The notes beneath the pieces are model-generated. The model searched no databases, had not been told where the DNA came from, and worked only from the letters and a program-made list of their open reading frames with translations. This document shows positions 35,863 to 50,449 of a DNA stretch of 64,000 nucleotides, in pieces. The stretch covers positions 571,734,130 to 571,798,129 of the forward strand of contig NC_058131.1 in NCBI RefSeq assembly GCF_016433145.1, in the 5' to 3' direction. This stretch comes from Gracilinanus agilis. Its lineage: Eukaryota. The position numbers were made by a program, and so were the translations under genes. Position 1 is the stretch's first letter; each line of letters opens with the position of its first letter.

Positions 35863-37922
35863 CTACCAGCTTCACTTTTAAAAGTATTGCTTCTAATGAG
35901 ATAAAATATCTGTTGATTGTTGAAAAATATGCAGAAAAAATTTATCAGACTACCTAACCCTTTTGATAAGAGGTCTACTCTTCACTGATGCTACTACCAA
36001 ATATAATTTTATACTGGGATAGTCTGTTTTTTTCACATTTCAAAGACCTTTTCACATTTATTATATCATCTGGTCTTTATAACACCTTGTGAGGAGGGCA
36101 GGGAAGTAATGAATTAGTCCTATTCTAGAGATGAAAAAAAAATCAGGATAAGCTATTTGCCCAAGTTCACATAGCAAATCAACAATAGTCCTTATGTCTC
36201 CCAACACATATACTGAGAGCGAAGGAGTGTGGTAAACAGTTGTAGATTTTTTGGTTCTACTTGGGACCAAATGATATACTCCATATTCAGGGTATCTCAA
36301 ATGGTTCAGTTTGAGTTTTAAGCTTTAAATATCTGCCTATCAATGGTTTTACTACATACCCACCCCACATTCCCAATGTCTATGCCTTGCCTCAACATCT
36401 AGATTGTAAAACAACTTTTGGTTTTGCAGTGTTTACATGAGAGGGTTCTCCCAACTCAAAAAGGAAGGCAAGAACATTGGTTGATAGTGTACACAGAAAC
36501 TACTTGGTAGGAACACTGACAAAATGACTACATATAAATGTTATCCAGGCCTGAGGAGTCACAAAATCAAAGTCTATTTGTGGTGCATAGCTACTGTTCT
36601 TTGACCTACAAATCAGTAACACTAATAGAATGCCAATCAATTTGGGAAATACAAAAGTAGTATGAATATTGTGAAGGGTCCTCCAATTCTCAAGAAGCTA
36701 AATAATCTAGTGGCAAAGGTAAGAGAATAATTAAGTGCTAAATAATGGGCTGTGGCCTCTCAGCATAAAAGGTACTCAGAGAAGAGAGAGGATTTGGGCT
36801 AGAAAAATAGGAAAGGCTTCTTAGGGAGCTAAAATTTGTGTCAGACTTTGAAGTGGGAGTTCTTAATCTTGTTTCGTGTCATGGAACATCCCCTCTCCAC
36901 CTTGGCAACATGATGATGCCTACGGACAGACCCTTTCTCACAATGTTTTAAATGGATAAAATGAAATACATAGGCTTGCAAAATAATACTGAAATATAGT
37001 TATACAAATTTAAAAACATGAATTCATGACTGAAGTAATAAACTTCTGAAGGATGGGTAGGATTTACATTTTATTGATGCTTTTTTGTTTTTTATATTAC
37101 CCTTCCCTCAGTTTATATACCACTCCCCATCTTCTTAACCTTTGTGAGCCTTCTCTTAAAACAAAGAAAAAAACTATTATGCAAACCAATCTACCCACAG
37201 GGATAGTATCTAACTGCACATGCAATATGCCATACCCAGCCTCTTTGACAAAGAAACAAAGTACATTCATTTTATCTCCTCTGGGGTCAAAGCTGATCAC
37301 TATAATTCCATAGCATTTAGTTTTGTTTCTTTGTTATTTTCATTAATACTGTTGCATTCTCTGACCCCAAGGAGCTTATACCCCAACAGGAATCAGCATG
37401 GCATGGTGGTGAGACCATCTTGGAGTGTGTATACTACACAACAGCAGGGGATATAGTTATACACATATACAGTAGGACAAATTATGGGAGCTTTGCAAGC
37501 CAAACAGAATGGTTTTTCTTTGGCTTTTTTCTTTCACTCCATTCTCCCATAGCCATCTTACTCCTCTACATTTTACTTACTTCTATGAATGATGAGATTC
37601 CCAAGTCTTTCTCTCTAGTCTGGACCCCCACTTTTGAGATCCTGATACATCAGCAAATGCCTACAGGGCAGCTTGACTTAGATATCCCAACAGAATCTCA
37701 CTCATCATTTCTTAAACTGAGCTGGTTATTTTTCCTCTTAAACTTGCTTCTCCTTTTGACTTTACTTTCATCTGTGGAACTTTCACCAAATCTACCATGT
37801 TTGAAAACCTTCATTTATCTTAGATTCTTTATTCTCTATCACCCAGCACATTCAGTTACTATTGATTCTACCTTTGAAATACAGTTCATGTCTGTGTCTC
37901 TGTCTTTCAACCCCACCATACA

Positions 37923-38023
37923 CAGTGATCCCTCACCTATTGGAGGAGTTATGTTCCAGAGACCCTGCGATAGGTGAAAATCTGTGAAGTAGTGGTGTTT
38001 ATATATATGTGTGTTAGTGTGTG

Positions 38024-38060
<37 letters not shown>

Positions 38061-38225
38061 TTTTTAAGGCTTTATAAACCCTTCCCACTCTCCTATAAAC
38101 CCTTTCCACACTCTTATTAACCCTACAGTAACTGAGCCAATCAGTGCCTAGGATACAGAAACAGAGTGCTGCAGTTGGTCACCTGTCATTCCATCAGCCA
38201 ATAGTGTGCTGCAACTCCACAAGTA

Positions 38226-38262
<37 letters not shown>

Positions 38263-38328
38263 TTTTAACCCAGGATACAGTGAATTGAAGCCTGGAAAAG
38301 TAAACCGCGATATAGCAAGGGATGACTG
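37923..38328. mobile_element. Tigger/pogo-type MITE (Tc1-mariner superfamily)
   Basis: Imperfect TIRs CAGTGATCCCTCACCTAT / ATAGCAAGGGATGACTG. TA at the right flank (38329-38330). Contains internal (TA)n and (TG)n. Confidence 0.75.
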
Positions 38329-39260
38329 TACTTGGGTTTTATGAATACTGGTTTGTTCAAACAGTACAGGGTAAGTAAAATTTGTGGTTAAGAAAGAAGT
38401 GTTGGGTTTTAGTCCTGGCTCTGTGACCAGCTAGGTGACAATGAGAAACCACACCATGCTGGATGGTTTCCATTTCCTCAGGTGTAAAATGGGATTAATA
38501 ATCATTGCTGCACATACCTTGCAGGCTTATTTTAAGGATCGGATCAAATGATATGTATGAAAATACTTTGAAAAATATAAAATAATATAAATCACCAAAC
38601 AAAACTTTAAAAATCTGAGCCAGACAGATTTACAAGTGATTTCCATCAAACATTTTGAAAAACAATCCCCTATTCCACATAAGCTGTTTTCATAAACAGA
38701 AAAAAAAATTAATCTCTGAAATTCCTTTTACAAGACAAATACTGCTTGATACTCTGATAAAGGAAGTATAACATGGTAGATGAGGGTTTAGAAACAGTGT
38801 TTGGGAGGGCAGGGAACCAAATAGTTCATCGCCATCATGCTGACTAGAATATGACAGGAATGCACAGCAGGAACTGTCAAACAGTTTCTCTATGCCTTCA
38901 CTTCATAATTTCCTTGGAGCAGAGATAATGAAGAATTAGCAACTTCTAATGCTCACCCTCAGTGGGACATAAGTGAGCATCTTTAGCTGAGAACCTCAAA
39001 GCCTGGTTTGGTGATCTCACTGAGAGAGGGATGACAGGATCCAAGGAGAAAGCCCTGGTGGCTAGAATGAGAATTGGTGACTGCAGAGGGTGAACAGCTC
39101 AGTGTGCTGTTTGTGACTTCTAGACAGTGGATAAGACAAGAAGATGGATGATGGCTCAGGATGCCCAGGTCAGGTCTAGTATATAATTTTGGGCAAGTCA
39201 CTCCAAGAGTCTTTGTAGCCTCTTGTCTAAATGAAACATTAAAAGAAAGACAAGGAAAAA

Positions 39261-39480
39261 GGGACGGCTAGGTGGCTTAGTGGAAAGAGACCCAGGCCTG
39301 GAGACAGAAGTTCTGGTTTAAAATCGGGACTCAAGGCACTTCCTAGTTGTGTGACTCTTGAACAAGTCATTTGTTAACTGCCTAGCCCTTACTGTTCTTC
39401 TGCCTGGGAACTAATACTTAGTATGGATTCTAAGACAAAAGATAAAGGTTAAAAAAAAAAAGACAGAAAAAAAAAAAAAG
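39261..39480 (+). mobile_element. SINE1_Mdo-type SINE
   Basis: Family head, core and A-rich tail. Confidence 0.85.
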
Positions 39481-42350
39481 ACAGGCAGGAACTAGGATTG
39501 AACAGGATGAAAAGGAGTTGTTATTTGCACTGATGAATGGAATATCAATACAAATGCAATGCTAAATCAAAGTAACAAGAGAGTGCCCAACAGGCCAGGA
39601 AACACTCCTAACTATATAAATTCCTTCTATTTCTGGAATGGAGTGGGAAATGAAAATTCAAATGGGAGAACTGAAAGGTATTTAAGTCTTCCGGGCTGTT
39701 TTGGCTTGAAAGTTGATTTTTAGTTAAAAACTCTTTTAACTACTAACAAAGAGATAAAACAAATTTTAAAGTAAAATGGGCAACTAAGTAGCCTAGGGAT
39801 GGGAGGTCCGGGTTTCAAATCTGACCTCAGACATGTCCTAACTGTGTGACCTTGGGCAAGTCACTTACCCCCAATGCCTATTCCATGTGGCTTTTCTGGT
39901 TTGGAATCAATACATAGAATTGATTCTAAGACAGATGGGTAAAGACTCTAAATTTTTTTAATAAATAAATTAGACTTGGAAGAGATATAAAATGGATTCC
40001 TTATCAGAGTTGAAGTAACCCTCACTAGATCATTCTGAACAACCCCCTACTTAAGGAATTTGTGCCTTTGTTTTCTGTCTTTCTGACTGTCTGTCTGTCT
40101 GTCTCTCTGTCAACCAACCTCAACTAGTATCTAGTCAGGGAATGAATATAAATGCTATTAGTCTGAGTCTATCACAAAGATGAAAAAATATCTCTAACAC
40201 TTGTGTCCTCAAAATGTTTAAGTCCTCTAATTCAATCTAGAGCAAAAAAGTAACTTCTGCATATTAGTCAAGAGAGGATTATTATTCATCTTCAATCAAT
40301 CAATATTTGTTAAGCACCGACCCTGAGCCAAGAATTGTACTAAGTCATTGCAATAGCATTCTTACTCCCGGGGTACAAAGAATTGATTATGGCAATCCTC
40401 GGTCGTGCTTTTCTTTTCTGATCTTTCTCATTTGGGATCAGTTCCTAGCTGTTGATCAACTTTGTCCAGTTACCTTTTCCACCTTCTTCCAACTCCAGTC
40501 AGAAGTATCACATTTGTTTTCCAATCCCAATGGCTCAGTGAACAGATAGCATCATTAAATACTCATCTCTCCTTGATGGCAAGCCTATGGCACAGGTGCC
40601 AAAGATGCATGCAGAGATCTCTCTGTGGACATGTGCACCATCACCTGTCAATTAGCAAACTGTTCCCTTCCCCACCCCCTACATGCACCTCTCATTACCC
40701 ACTCTTCTGCCCAGCAGCTCAATGGGAGTGCTTCCTCTCCCCCTGAACAGAGCACCTGGGCCACTCCCTATGCTTCTCTCCCTCCCCAGAGCAAAGTACT
40801 TGGGCCACTCCCTTCTCTTTCTCCCTCTCCAGTCGGGCATAGGTTGGGGGGGAGGGAGTGCACTGCACTCAGTCTGGGAGAATGAGGCAGGCATAAGGTC
40901 TCTAAAAGTTTCAACATTACTGCCCTAGACCCTTTCTCTGCACTCCCTCCGCACCTTCCAGTTAAATTTAGAAAGTATTAACCCACCCAAGCAGAAATGG
41001 TCTTGGCAAAATGATAAAACAGGTCAAAGTATATATCTAGAGTCCCTTACTTCCCCATTCTATATGTATTTTTCCTCACCATTTTTGGGGTTTCCAGTTC
41101 CCTTTCTTATTTTTCTCTATCAAATTTTTCTCTCAGGAAAGGCTTCCACCCTAAAGGGATGAAAATTGCTTTCCCAGGGGTATCTGTGGTTTGTTAGCTC
41201 CCTGGCAAATAAAAGCCTTTGTCCTACATTCAAGAAGTATCAAGAATCAGCTAATGGGGAGAGGTATTCTGCAGATGACCCAGATAGAAAGTTATCTTAT
41301 TGTTACTAAAATCATACCAAGTAGGTCACCGCCTATATGCAGTTCAAGTCCTTCATCTAAATGATGCAAATCTATGAATGCAAACAACATCCTTTTATAT
41401 TTTTCTAATTTTCCCTACCATTTGTGACCTAGATCCCAGGATTCAAGGACATTTGAATGGGCTCCTTTACTATACTTCCTCTTCCAGAAGAGGACTCAGT
41501 AACATCTTCAAAATCCCATCTTCTCTCTACTTTCCACATTGCTTCCACTATCACTGGAGTTCAATACTTAACATCAAAGCACCAGAAGACAATCTTTTGG
41601 TTTCTTCCCCCTACCTTCTAATCAAATAACTGATGCTGAAAGTTTAGATGACTCTTGAATGCTAATAAGACTCTTCCTAACCTCTTTTCTAAACCAAGGG
41701 GATGTCTCTTAGCTCACATAAGAACCAAGGGCTATTCCTAGTTAATTACTTTAATAAAAAATTCATGGCAATATACCCTCTCCCTATATATTCTAGCTCA
41801 AAAGGCTGTTAAATTCAATTCAGCCTCTGAAATGATGATAGACAATTGCCTATTCTGAAAAATTAGGAAGTTAAAAGAGAGTACTTTAAACCCCAATGTT
41901 ATATAGCATGAAAACTAAACTACTAAGAACAAGAATGGAGGGAGAACTTGATGGCACAAATAATCCAAAAATTATGTCTTTGAATTTGGGATGCACTAGG
42001 TTTTGTTAGACCTTACCCTCCATCAAAGAAGAGAAGACAACCAGGGAACAAAAAGGTTTAATGTTTCCAAAATCCTTTGGGTCTTTTTCAAAAGGGAAAG
42101 GACAACTGTTCAGGAGAACTCAGCTCCTGACAACAGTTAAGAGACTGGAGGGAGGGAAAGTCTAATCCCGCTTCAGAGACTTGGGGAGATAATTCCACTG
42201 AAAGGCAATAAGAAACCTGAAGGCCTGAAGACAAATTCCAGGTATATGATAAGTCAGAATGATGCCAGAAGTCAAAGATGTCTAAACAAGAACCCATCCT
42301 CTATGAGACAAATGTGTTTGTTTCTTAGATTGAACTGAAGTATATATAAG

Positions 42351-42544
42351 CAGTGGTTCCCAAACTTTTTTGGCCTACCGCCCCCTTTCCAGAAAAAATA
42401 TTACTTAGCCCCCTTGAAATTAAATTTTTAAAAAATTTTAATAGCAATTAATAGGAAAGATAAATGCACCTGTGACCATCAACGTCCCACTGGACCGCTT
42501 CAGCACCCACCAGGGAGCAGTAGCACCCACTTTGGGAATCACTG
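42351..42544. mobile_element. hAT/Charlie-type MITE, 194 bp
   Basis: TIRs CAGTGGTTCCCAAA / TTTGGGAATCACTG. Near-TSD tatataag/atatatag. Highly similar to 48069-48262. Confidence 0.88.
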
Positions 42545-42914
42545 ATATATAGCTTTGAATTGCAGGCTAAAGATTGTCTAATTGACTAAAGAGACCCATC
42601 CAGGCAGTGTGTATCTGAGATTGACTTTAGGTTAATTCACTCATAGGCTTGTTGTCTCCTGCACACTTCCCCAGTTCCATCTGGTTAATGGGAAAATAAG
42701 CCGATGAATTCCCTAACCAGTGATCAATGTCAAGAGAACCTATGTGACAATGGTATGCCAGTTTAGAATTCAACATTTGCTACAGATAATTTAAAATGCT
42801 GTTAATCCAAACCTGCGTATCCAATAACTGAAGGTAAAAACCAACCCAAACTCATGAAGAGAAAAGACTTTGTGGTTAAGTGACCTCTTCTAAATAATAC
42901 TGGCAAGCACTCTT

Positions 42915-43290
42915 TGTGGTGGCAAAAAATTGGAAAATAAGGGGATGCCCTTCAATTGGGGAATGGCTGAACAAATTGTGGTATCTGTTGGTGATGGAAT
43001 ACTATTGTGCTATAAGGAATAATTAACTGGACAAATTCCATATGAACTGGAACGACCTCCAGGAATTGATGCAGAGTGAAAGGGGCAGAACCAGGAGAAC
43101 CATATACACAGAGATGGATATACTGTGGCACAGTTGAATATAATGGACTTCTCTACTAATAGCAATGCAATAATCCAGGACAATTCTGAGGGACTTATGA
43201 GAAAGAACACTATCCACATCCAGAGAAAGAACTGTGGGAGTAGAAACAGAAGAAAAACAACTGTTCACGGAAAAATATCCTAAATTAATT
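42915..43290 (+). mobile_element. L1 (Monodelphis-type) 3' fragment
   Basis: Closely similar to 61075-61440 (VVAKNWK...CPSIGEWLNKLWY). Confidence 0.85.
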
Positions 43291-43579
43291 AAATAAAAGC
43301 CTTCGCTTCCAGAAAAATAAATAATGTGGGTAAATGCCAGATTCTTTGCACTAAAAAAGGGGGGGGGGGGAAGGCAGCCAGACATTCTAGCATTGGGTAA
43401 AAATAAATTACCTTTGGAGGGCTCACTTTGAATGATGTGTGGCCACAGGGAGATAATTACAGAGGAAAGATCATTAAAAATTCAGAGAACTCCAAACACT
43501 TCAATTCAGCAAAACAAATAGGCTTGGGTTTCTTCTCCAATCATTTATTTCTGTTTTTCAACTCCAAGAAATATTCATC

Positions 43580-43594
43580 ATTCTCTCTCTCATT

Positions 43595-43676
<82 letters not shown>

Positions 43677-44025
43677 CTCTGTGACANNNNNNNNNNNNNN
43701 NNNNNNNNNNNNNNNNNNNNNNNNNNNNNNNNNNNNNNNNNNNNNNNNNNNNNNNNNNNNNNNNNNNNNNNNNNNNNNNNNNNNNNNNNNNNNNNNNNNN
43801 NNNNNNNNNNNNNNNNNNNNNNNNNNNNNNNNNNNNNNNNNNNNNNNNNNNNNNNNNNNNNNNNNNNNNNNNNNNNNNNNNNNNNNNNNNNNNNNNNNNN
43901 NNNNNNNNNNNNNNNNNNNNNNNNNNNNNNNNNNNNNNNNNNNNNNNNNNNNNNNNNNNNNNNNNNNNNNNNNNNNNNNNNNNNNNNNNNNNNNNNNNNN
44001 NNNNNNNNNNNNNNNNNNNNNTCAA

Positions 44026-44088
<63 letters not shown>

Positions 44089-44105
44089 CCTCCCTCCCTC
44101 CCTCC
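43580..44105. repeat. (CT)n / (CCCT)n microsatellite spanning an assembly gap
   Basis: Long CT runs on both sides of the N stretch. Confidence 0.9.
43687..44021. other. Assembly gap (335 N)
   Basis: Run of n characters. Confidence 1.
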
Positions 44106-44445
44106 CTCCTTTTCTTCCCTCTCTGTCAAGCAAGAAAACAGCCAAAAGAGAAAAAAAAAAAAACAAAAAAAGCTACTGCTGGAAAAGAGCTTAAAGATCA
44201 CTTAGTTCAATGTCTTCACAATACTAAGTCTTCTGTTCTTACATTGTTAATTATTATGTGTATATAATTAATATAATAAAATCATTAAGAGGACGCATAA
44301 ACAATTAATGGTGGACTTCAGATCAGAATCAGATCAGATCTCACTGATCAATTCCTGGATAATTCAGAATTAATTACAAACCACAGAAACAGTGGGTCCA
44401 ATTTTTAATGTACTAAGGAATCTCTTTAATAAAGCTGAGGGGCTT

Positions 44446-44650
44446 GGGACAGGTAGGTGGCTGAGTGGATTCAGAGCCAGGCCTAGAGATGAGAGGTCCT
44501 GGGTTCAAATCAGGCTACAGTCACTTCCTATGTCTATGATCCTGGGCAAGTCACTTAACCCCCATTGCCAGCCCTTTTGTCTCTTCTGCTTTGGAACAAA
44601 TACTTAGTATTAATTCTAAGATGGAAGGTAAAAGTTTAAAAAATAAAAAA
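44446..44650 (+). mobile_element. SINE1_Mdo-type SINE
   Basis: Family head, core and tail. Confidence 0.85.
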
Positions 44651-47364
44651 TAATGAAGTCAAGGGGCAAGAGGAAGGACTAGCATTTATTTATTCTATCT
44701 GGTTGGGTTCGAAGGTTTTTATTTATCTAGAAGCAAATCCAAGACTGAACTATCCTCAGCTGTGTTATACTGGGATTCTATTGTACTAACACAATATTTC
44801 AAATGCACTACAGTCAGCGCATGTGCGCGTGCACACACAGAAACACACACAGGAGAACACTGTTCCTCTCTCTCATTTTAGAGAGTAACATCCCATTATA
44901 ATCACTTGACAACTCTTCCTACAGCTCTAATGGTAGAAACACACTGACAGCAGGAGCTAAAGGTTGTGTTTCCCCACCTCCTCCTGCTTAACAATTTAGT
45001 TCAGAGAGGGAGCCTGCTTTAGCAGCATGCCAGTGCCTAAGGAGAGGGCTATTTTTAGTCTCCTTTCTCATCTGAAGATTTCACAGCCAAGCTCAATAAC
45101 AAAATTGTGAAACAAGTGTTTTTCTGATAGTCATTAGTTTCGAAAAGCTTTTATTTCCTACCCTCCCAACTCTATAACAATGACAATTAAACATATTAAT
45201 TAACAATGTAAGAACAGAAGACTCAGCTTTCATTTAAGCCCATCTTTCCCTGAAACAAACTCACAATTATTATTCATTTTTAATTTAGTAAGATGTCACA
45301 AAGCAACTGACAGGGAAACAGATGCCAAGCTTACAAGAACAAGTAAAAAAGAATGGGTGGGAGGAGGCTGGGCTTGTAGATCTGCCCTTTCTAACTGCAA
45401 TGTGTGGTCTGGGTCTGAAGTCAGTCTTGTATTCAAAATACTGACTCTGCTGCTCAAGACTATTACTTAGAGGTCCTCATTTGCAAAATGACAGAGAAGG
45501 GCTAAATCATATCTATGGTCCTTTTCAATTTGAATGATCTATTAAATGATGCTGTATCATCTCCAGATGTGGAGCAGGAAGGCCTTAGGAGTACTCAAGG
45601 CCAAAACTTTCATTTTACTGAGAAGCAAATGGAGACCAAAGAGACACAATAGTCAAAAGCAGATTCCAGATTTGAATTTAGGGCTTCTACATTTAGTACA
45701 GTGGTCCTGTGCACTAAGCACAGTGCATAGGACAGAATGTGCAATTTAGAAATGTTTATTCCTTAGAGGGAGTTTCATACATGGATGAAATGACAGTCTC
45801 AATCCACAGTCTATCAGGATAAGACTTTACATTTATCTCTAATGAATTTCATTTTATTAGCTTAAACCCTGAATTATCAGGTTCTTTTGGATCCTGATCC
45901 AAAATGGTTGCTGACTCTATAACTAATGTATTAGCTAGCTCTCCTAGCTTTCTGCCCTCCATTTCCTCATCTATAAAATGGATATAGCAAGTACTTACAG
46001 GATTATTATGAGGACCAAATTAGCTAATTATTTGTAAAGTATTTTGCAAAACCTCAAAATGTTATATAGATGTTAGCTATTTTTATTATCTGTAAAAATG
46101 GTAAGTATATCATCTAAGCCTTTAACATTTTTATCAGATTTAGATAAATAGCACAAGGCCAAGCTGAGATGCCTGAGGGCTCCAGAGACCTTCTGCCAAA
46201 CTGACACTGACTCAGGCATTGAATCCATTTATTCAACCAATACCATGTTCATATAGTCTTCATCTCTACATCTTTTCCACAAAAATGAGATAATTTAGCA
46301 AATCTTACAAAAATCTAGGAAAACCTTATCTATTCCCCTGATCTACCAGTTTAATAATCCTTTCCAAAAAAGGAAATAAGGATGGTCTAGCATGATCTGT
46401 TATTGAAGTCTTCGTAAACACTGTTTCCTTAATTTGATGTTCCAAAACCATCTCTTTTTTTAAACTGAATTTTAGTTTTTTCAATTACGTGTAGAAACAA
46501 TCTTTGGCAATTGTACTCTGATACTTTTGGATTCACATTCTTCTCTCTCCCTCCTCACTAACTTGAGGCTGTAAATAGTCTGATATAGGTTATATCAATG
46601 TTTTCATGTAATATGTATTCCCATATTCCCCATGTTGTGACTAAAAGCTACATCACATGTACAATAGAAGGAAATAAAGTGAAGTATGTTATATTTTGAT
46701 CTGCAGTCCTATTCCAACGGTTCCTTCTTTGGCTTGTGGATACGGGTTTTTAATTATGAGTCCCCTGGGGTTATCTTGGAACCTTAAATAACCATCTCTT
46801 TAATGAATCCTTCTAGAATTATCTCAGGAATCAGTCAAGCTCACTAGTCTAATGAGTCAGTTCTTTTTCCTTTCTTTTGACAACCAAGGCAAAATTTGCC
46901 CTTCTCTGTTCTGCTATTTTCCATCATCTTATATCACAGTGGCTGAGCAGTCACACCTACCAGTTCTTTCAGTACTCAAAGATGTAGTTCATCTGGGCTA
47001 GGTGATTTGAATTAATCAGAAAAAAAGGTCTCTTAAAACTTTATGATTTAAACTGAGATAAAGGGAAAAGAGGATAGGATTTCTCTACATTGTCCTTTAA
47101 CAACTTCATTTACTTCTTTCCTCCCCCCTCCCCTCCCCGGTTTACTCTAGTAGCTTCAATTATCACCATTAAACTGCTGACTTTCAAATGTATATTTCCA
47201 GCCCCAGGCTCTCTCCCACAGACAGGTAGGAAATTCAAGCTCCAGACCTACACCTGTAACCATCTATTGGATATGCTTACCAAAACATCCTGTGAGCACT
47301 AGGAACTTAATCATGTCCAAAACTAAGCTTATTGCATTTTCCTTCAAAACCTGTTCTTCTTGGG

Positions 47365-47563
47365 GATAGAAAGGTAGCTCAGTGGATTGAAAGCCAAGCT
47401 TAGAGGCAGAAGGTCCTAGATTCAAATCTGGACTCAGACACCTCCTAGCTGTGTCACCCTGAAGAAGTCACTTAGCCCACACTGCCTAATCCTTACTGCT
47501 CTTCTGCCTTGAAACCAATACACAGTATTGATTCTAAGACAGAAGGTAAGGGTTTAAAAAGAA
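47365..47563 (+). mobile_element. SINE1_Mdo-type SINE within an L2-like remnant
   Basis: Family head, core and tail. Confidence 0.85.
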
Positions 47564-48068
47564 AAAATCTGTTGTCCTTCCTGATTTCACTATTTCTCTC
47601 TGTGGCATCATCATTCATGTAATCTCCAATGTTTGAAAAACTGGTGCTTTATGTCTTCCTTCTCCTCATATCCAATTAGTAAAGAAATTCTACAAATCTT
47701 CTTGATCTTTTTTCTATCCTTTTTCTTTATTCCCACTTGCTAATATAGGCCCCTCAGTACCTCCTACTCCCTTCAGAGCAAGTAGATAGATCCCAAAGCA
47801 AAACTGCTATCCAGAAAAGAAGAATAGATGGGGAAGTTGAAGCCATTTTAAAAATTTTACACACCCAGAGGATATTTAGGAATGCTGTTTGGTGATTTGA
47901 ATATATAAAGATTGGGACTGGAAAAATACCCACTAATTATATTCAAAGTCTTCATAAGAAGGAAAAAGGTGAGAGAATAGGTTAGATGCCAACAGGTAAC
48001 ATAATTAAACAGAAAGATTACCTACTAGTTTAAAATGAGATTGGAATAAAATTTACTTTGCTTTAGAG

Positions 48069-48262
48069 CAGTGGCTCCCAAACTTTTTTGGCCTACCGCC
48101 CCCTTTCCAGAAAAAAATATTACTTAGCCCCCTGGAAATTAATTTTTTTTTATTTTAATAGCAATTAATAGGAAAGATAAATGCATCTGTGGCCATCACT
48201 GCTCCCCCTGGAATGCTGCAGCACCCACCAGGGGGCGGTGGCACCCACTCTGGGAATCACTG
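48069..48262. mobile_element. hAT/Charlie-type MITE, 194 bp
   Basis: TIRs CAGTGGCTCCCA / TGGGAATCACTG. Perfect 8-bp TSD CTTTAGAG at 48061-48068 and 48263-48270. Confidence 0.92.
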
Positions 48263-50449
48263 CTTTAGAGAATCATATCATTTCTCCCCATATATTCTAT
48301 ACTTTAAATGAACTAGATTATTTTTGGTCAGTTACCTGTTCCCAGAATACCCTTTCTCCCTTTCATTTTACTGAACTGTTAAATTGTTCAATAAATGTGT
48401 GTTGAATTTAATTAAACGTTTTTCCTTAACAGGGTTTTTTCTTCAATCCAAGTCTATGTTTTTGTATGCAGGCATGTCCAAATTATGCAATCTAGAGAAA
48501 GACAAAGATATTCATCTCACTGGGCCAATTCCTTAAGATCTCACAACTTACACATAAAATAGAACCTACAATCATAATCCTGATTATCCAAGAGGAATGA
48601 ACAAAAGCATTAGAGAATCTTTCAGTTAAGAACTAATTATGTCTATACAAATTTTCTTTTGTCTTTTGCTGAATACATTATATTCAATACAATATTTATA
48701 TTCTTCCTTTTCAAAGTATTCACACCTTTACTATATCATTGAATCTGCAAAATAAACCAAGCAGGCTTTATTACTAGTTTAAAAACGAGTAAATACGTAT
48801 CTCCTGCCAAAATGGCTGTTTAAAAGGTGGCAAGCAGCCCATGTTCTACACACCTACTCCAGCAAAAATCTAAAAAATAGTAGTAATGAGAAACTACAGT
48901 AAGTGACTTCATCTACCCACCCTGATCATGGTTTTTAGGATTCTAGTGATTCTTTAAAAATTTTTTTTGATTTAAAAATTAATAAGCATTTATTTTTTCT
49001 CCCTTCACCCAACCCCCCACCCTGAAAGAAAAAGGAAAAAATAAAACTCTTGCAACAGCGATACATAGTCAAGCAAAACTCCCACGATTCTTAAATTCTG
49101 TATCTCCTTGACCTGTTTAAACCATATTAACTTGCTGGTCTTTTCATAGCTCAAGTTCAGCTAATATTCAAGTTGCCCCAATAAGATCTGGGTTATCCAA
49201 GGTGGACAGTTGGGGCATTCTTGTAGCTTTTTACTCAACTGAGGAAGGGGTGGAAGGAAATTATTATTTATAGAGTGCTCTCCAAAACCTTTAAAGGTCC
49301 ATATAATCCTGTATAATATTTTACTTAGGAACATAGTTTTATAGTCTAAGTGGAAGTGACCTCATCTAATCTAATCCCTTCATTTTACAGTTTGGGAAAC
49401 TGAAGCCCAAAGAGGTTAGGTTTCTTTCCCAAGAAAATACATGTAGCAAATGATAGCCAGAATGTGAATTCAGCTCCTTATGACAACCAATAATTTTTTC
49501 AGTTGGTATTGTTTCCGGTTCCTTCCTTTTTGTAGGTAAGAATGACTGAGGCCTTTGGTATTCCCATTAGCTCAATCAACTGTCCATGTACCAGTTTACT
49601 TACTTGTTAACAATCTCTTCAAAAGTCTATTAAAGATTAATCACTCCTTTGCTCTGAATAAAATAAGGGAAGTGCCAAAGATAATAGAAAATAAGACCTA
49701 AGACAAAGAAAACAGAAGGAAGTTGACCGGTTTTTTCTTTCTTCTCTTTGAGGCAGAAGAAATATTGCCCAGTAAAGAAGGGAAGCTAAACAACTGTTTA
49801 TTTTACAAAGGAGGAAAATGACCCTTTAAAAAAGGTTTCATCTGGGCGTCCTGATTTTCAACTATATCTCTCTTTTGTGGGAACACAGTCACCACTCCTC
49901 CAAAATTAGGCATTTCTTTGCTCCAAACATGCTAAATAATTATGCTAGCATAAAAAGCCAAAAGATAAAGAAAAAAATTTCCTGAGGTCAAATAATAGGC
50001 TGTTGGCATTTGGGACAAGGCAGAAACTCACAACAGGATGTCCTGTAAGAGTACAGGACTTAAAGACCCAAAGGAAAAATGAAGAACAAGGGAATAATTT
50101 GTAAAGACTGGGTAAGCTGCAAATAAAATTAAAAAAAAAAACACCGAGTAAATAGATAACTTTATCTAATTAGCCATGTGATTCAAAAAGCCAAAAAGGA
50201 AAAATGAAAGCAGTATGACAGATAACAGCTTCAAGACTGCCCACAATCTGATCCCCGTTCACTACTTCAGACTTATCTCTCATTATTCCCTCATAAAATC
50301 TTTCTACGCTTTTATGAGGGACAATGAGTAAGCAACCATATTCCTTCCCCTTTGCTTCTTCACTCATCATTTACCATGAGGTGTTCAGGGAAGAATAGCA
50401 TCTCTTCTTTGAGAGCTCACCAAAGCCCTTTTCAGGGCTGCTCATCCCT

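Noticed and set aside
37420-37977. 185-aa plus-strand ORF
   Set aside because: TTG start, Leu/Phe/Ser-rich, and built from an L2-like remnant running into the Tigger MITE.
43428-44267. Long ORFs (279, 202 and 174 aa)
   Set aside because: Artefacts of the N gap and the (CT)n repeat.
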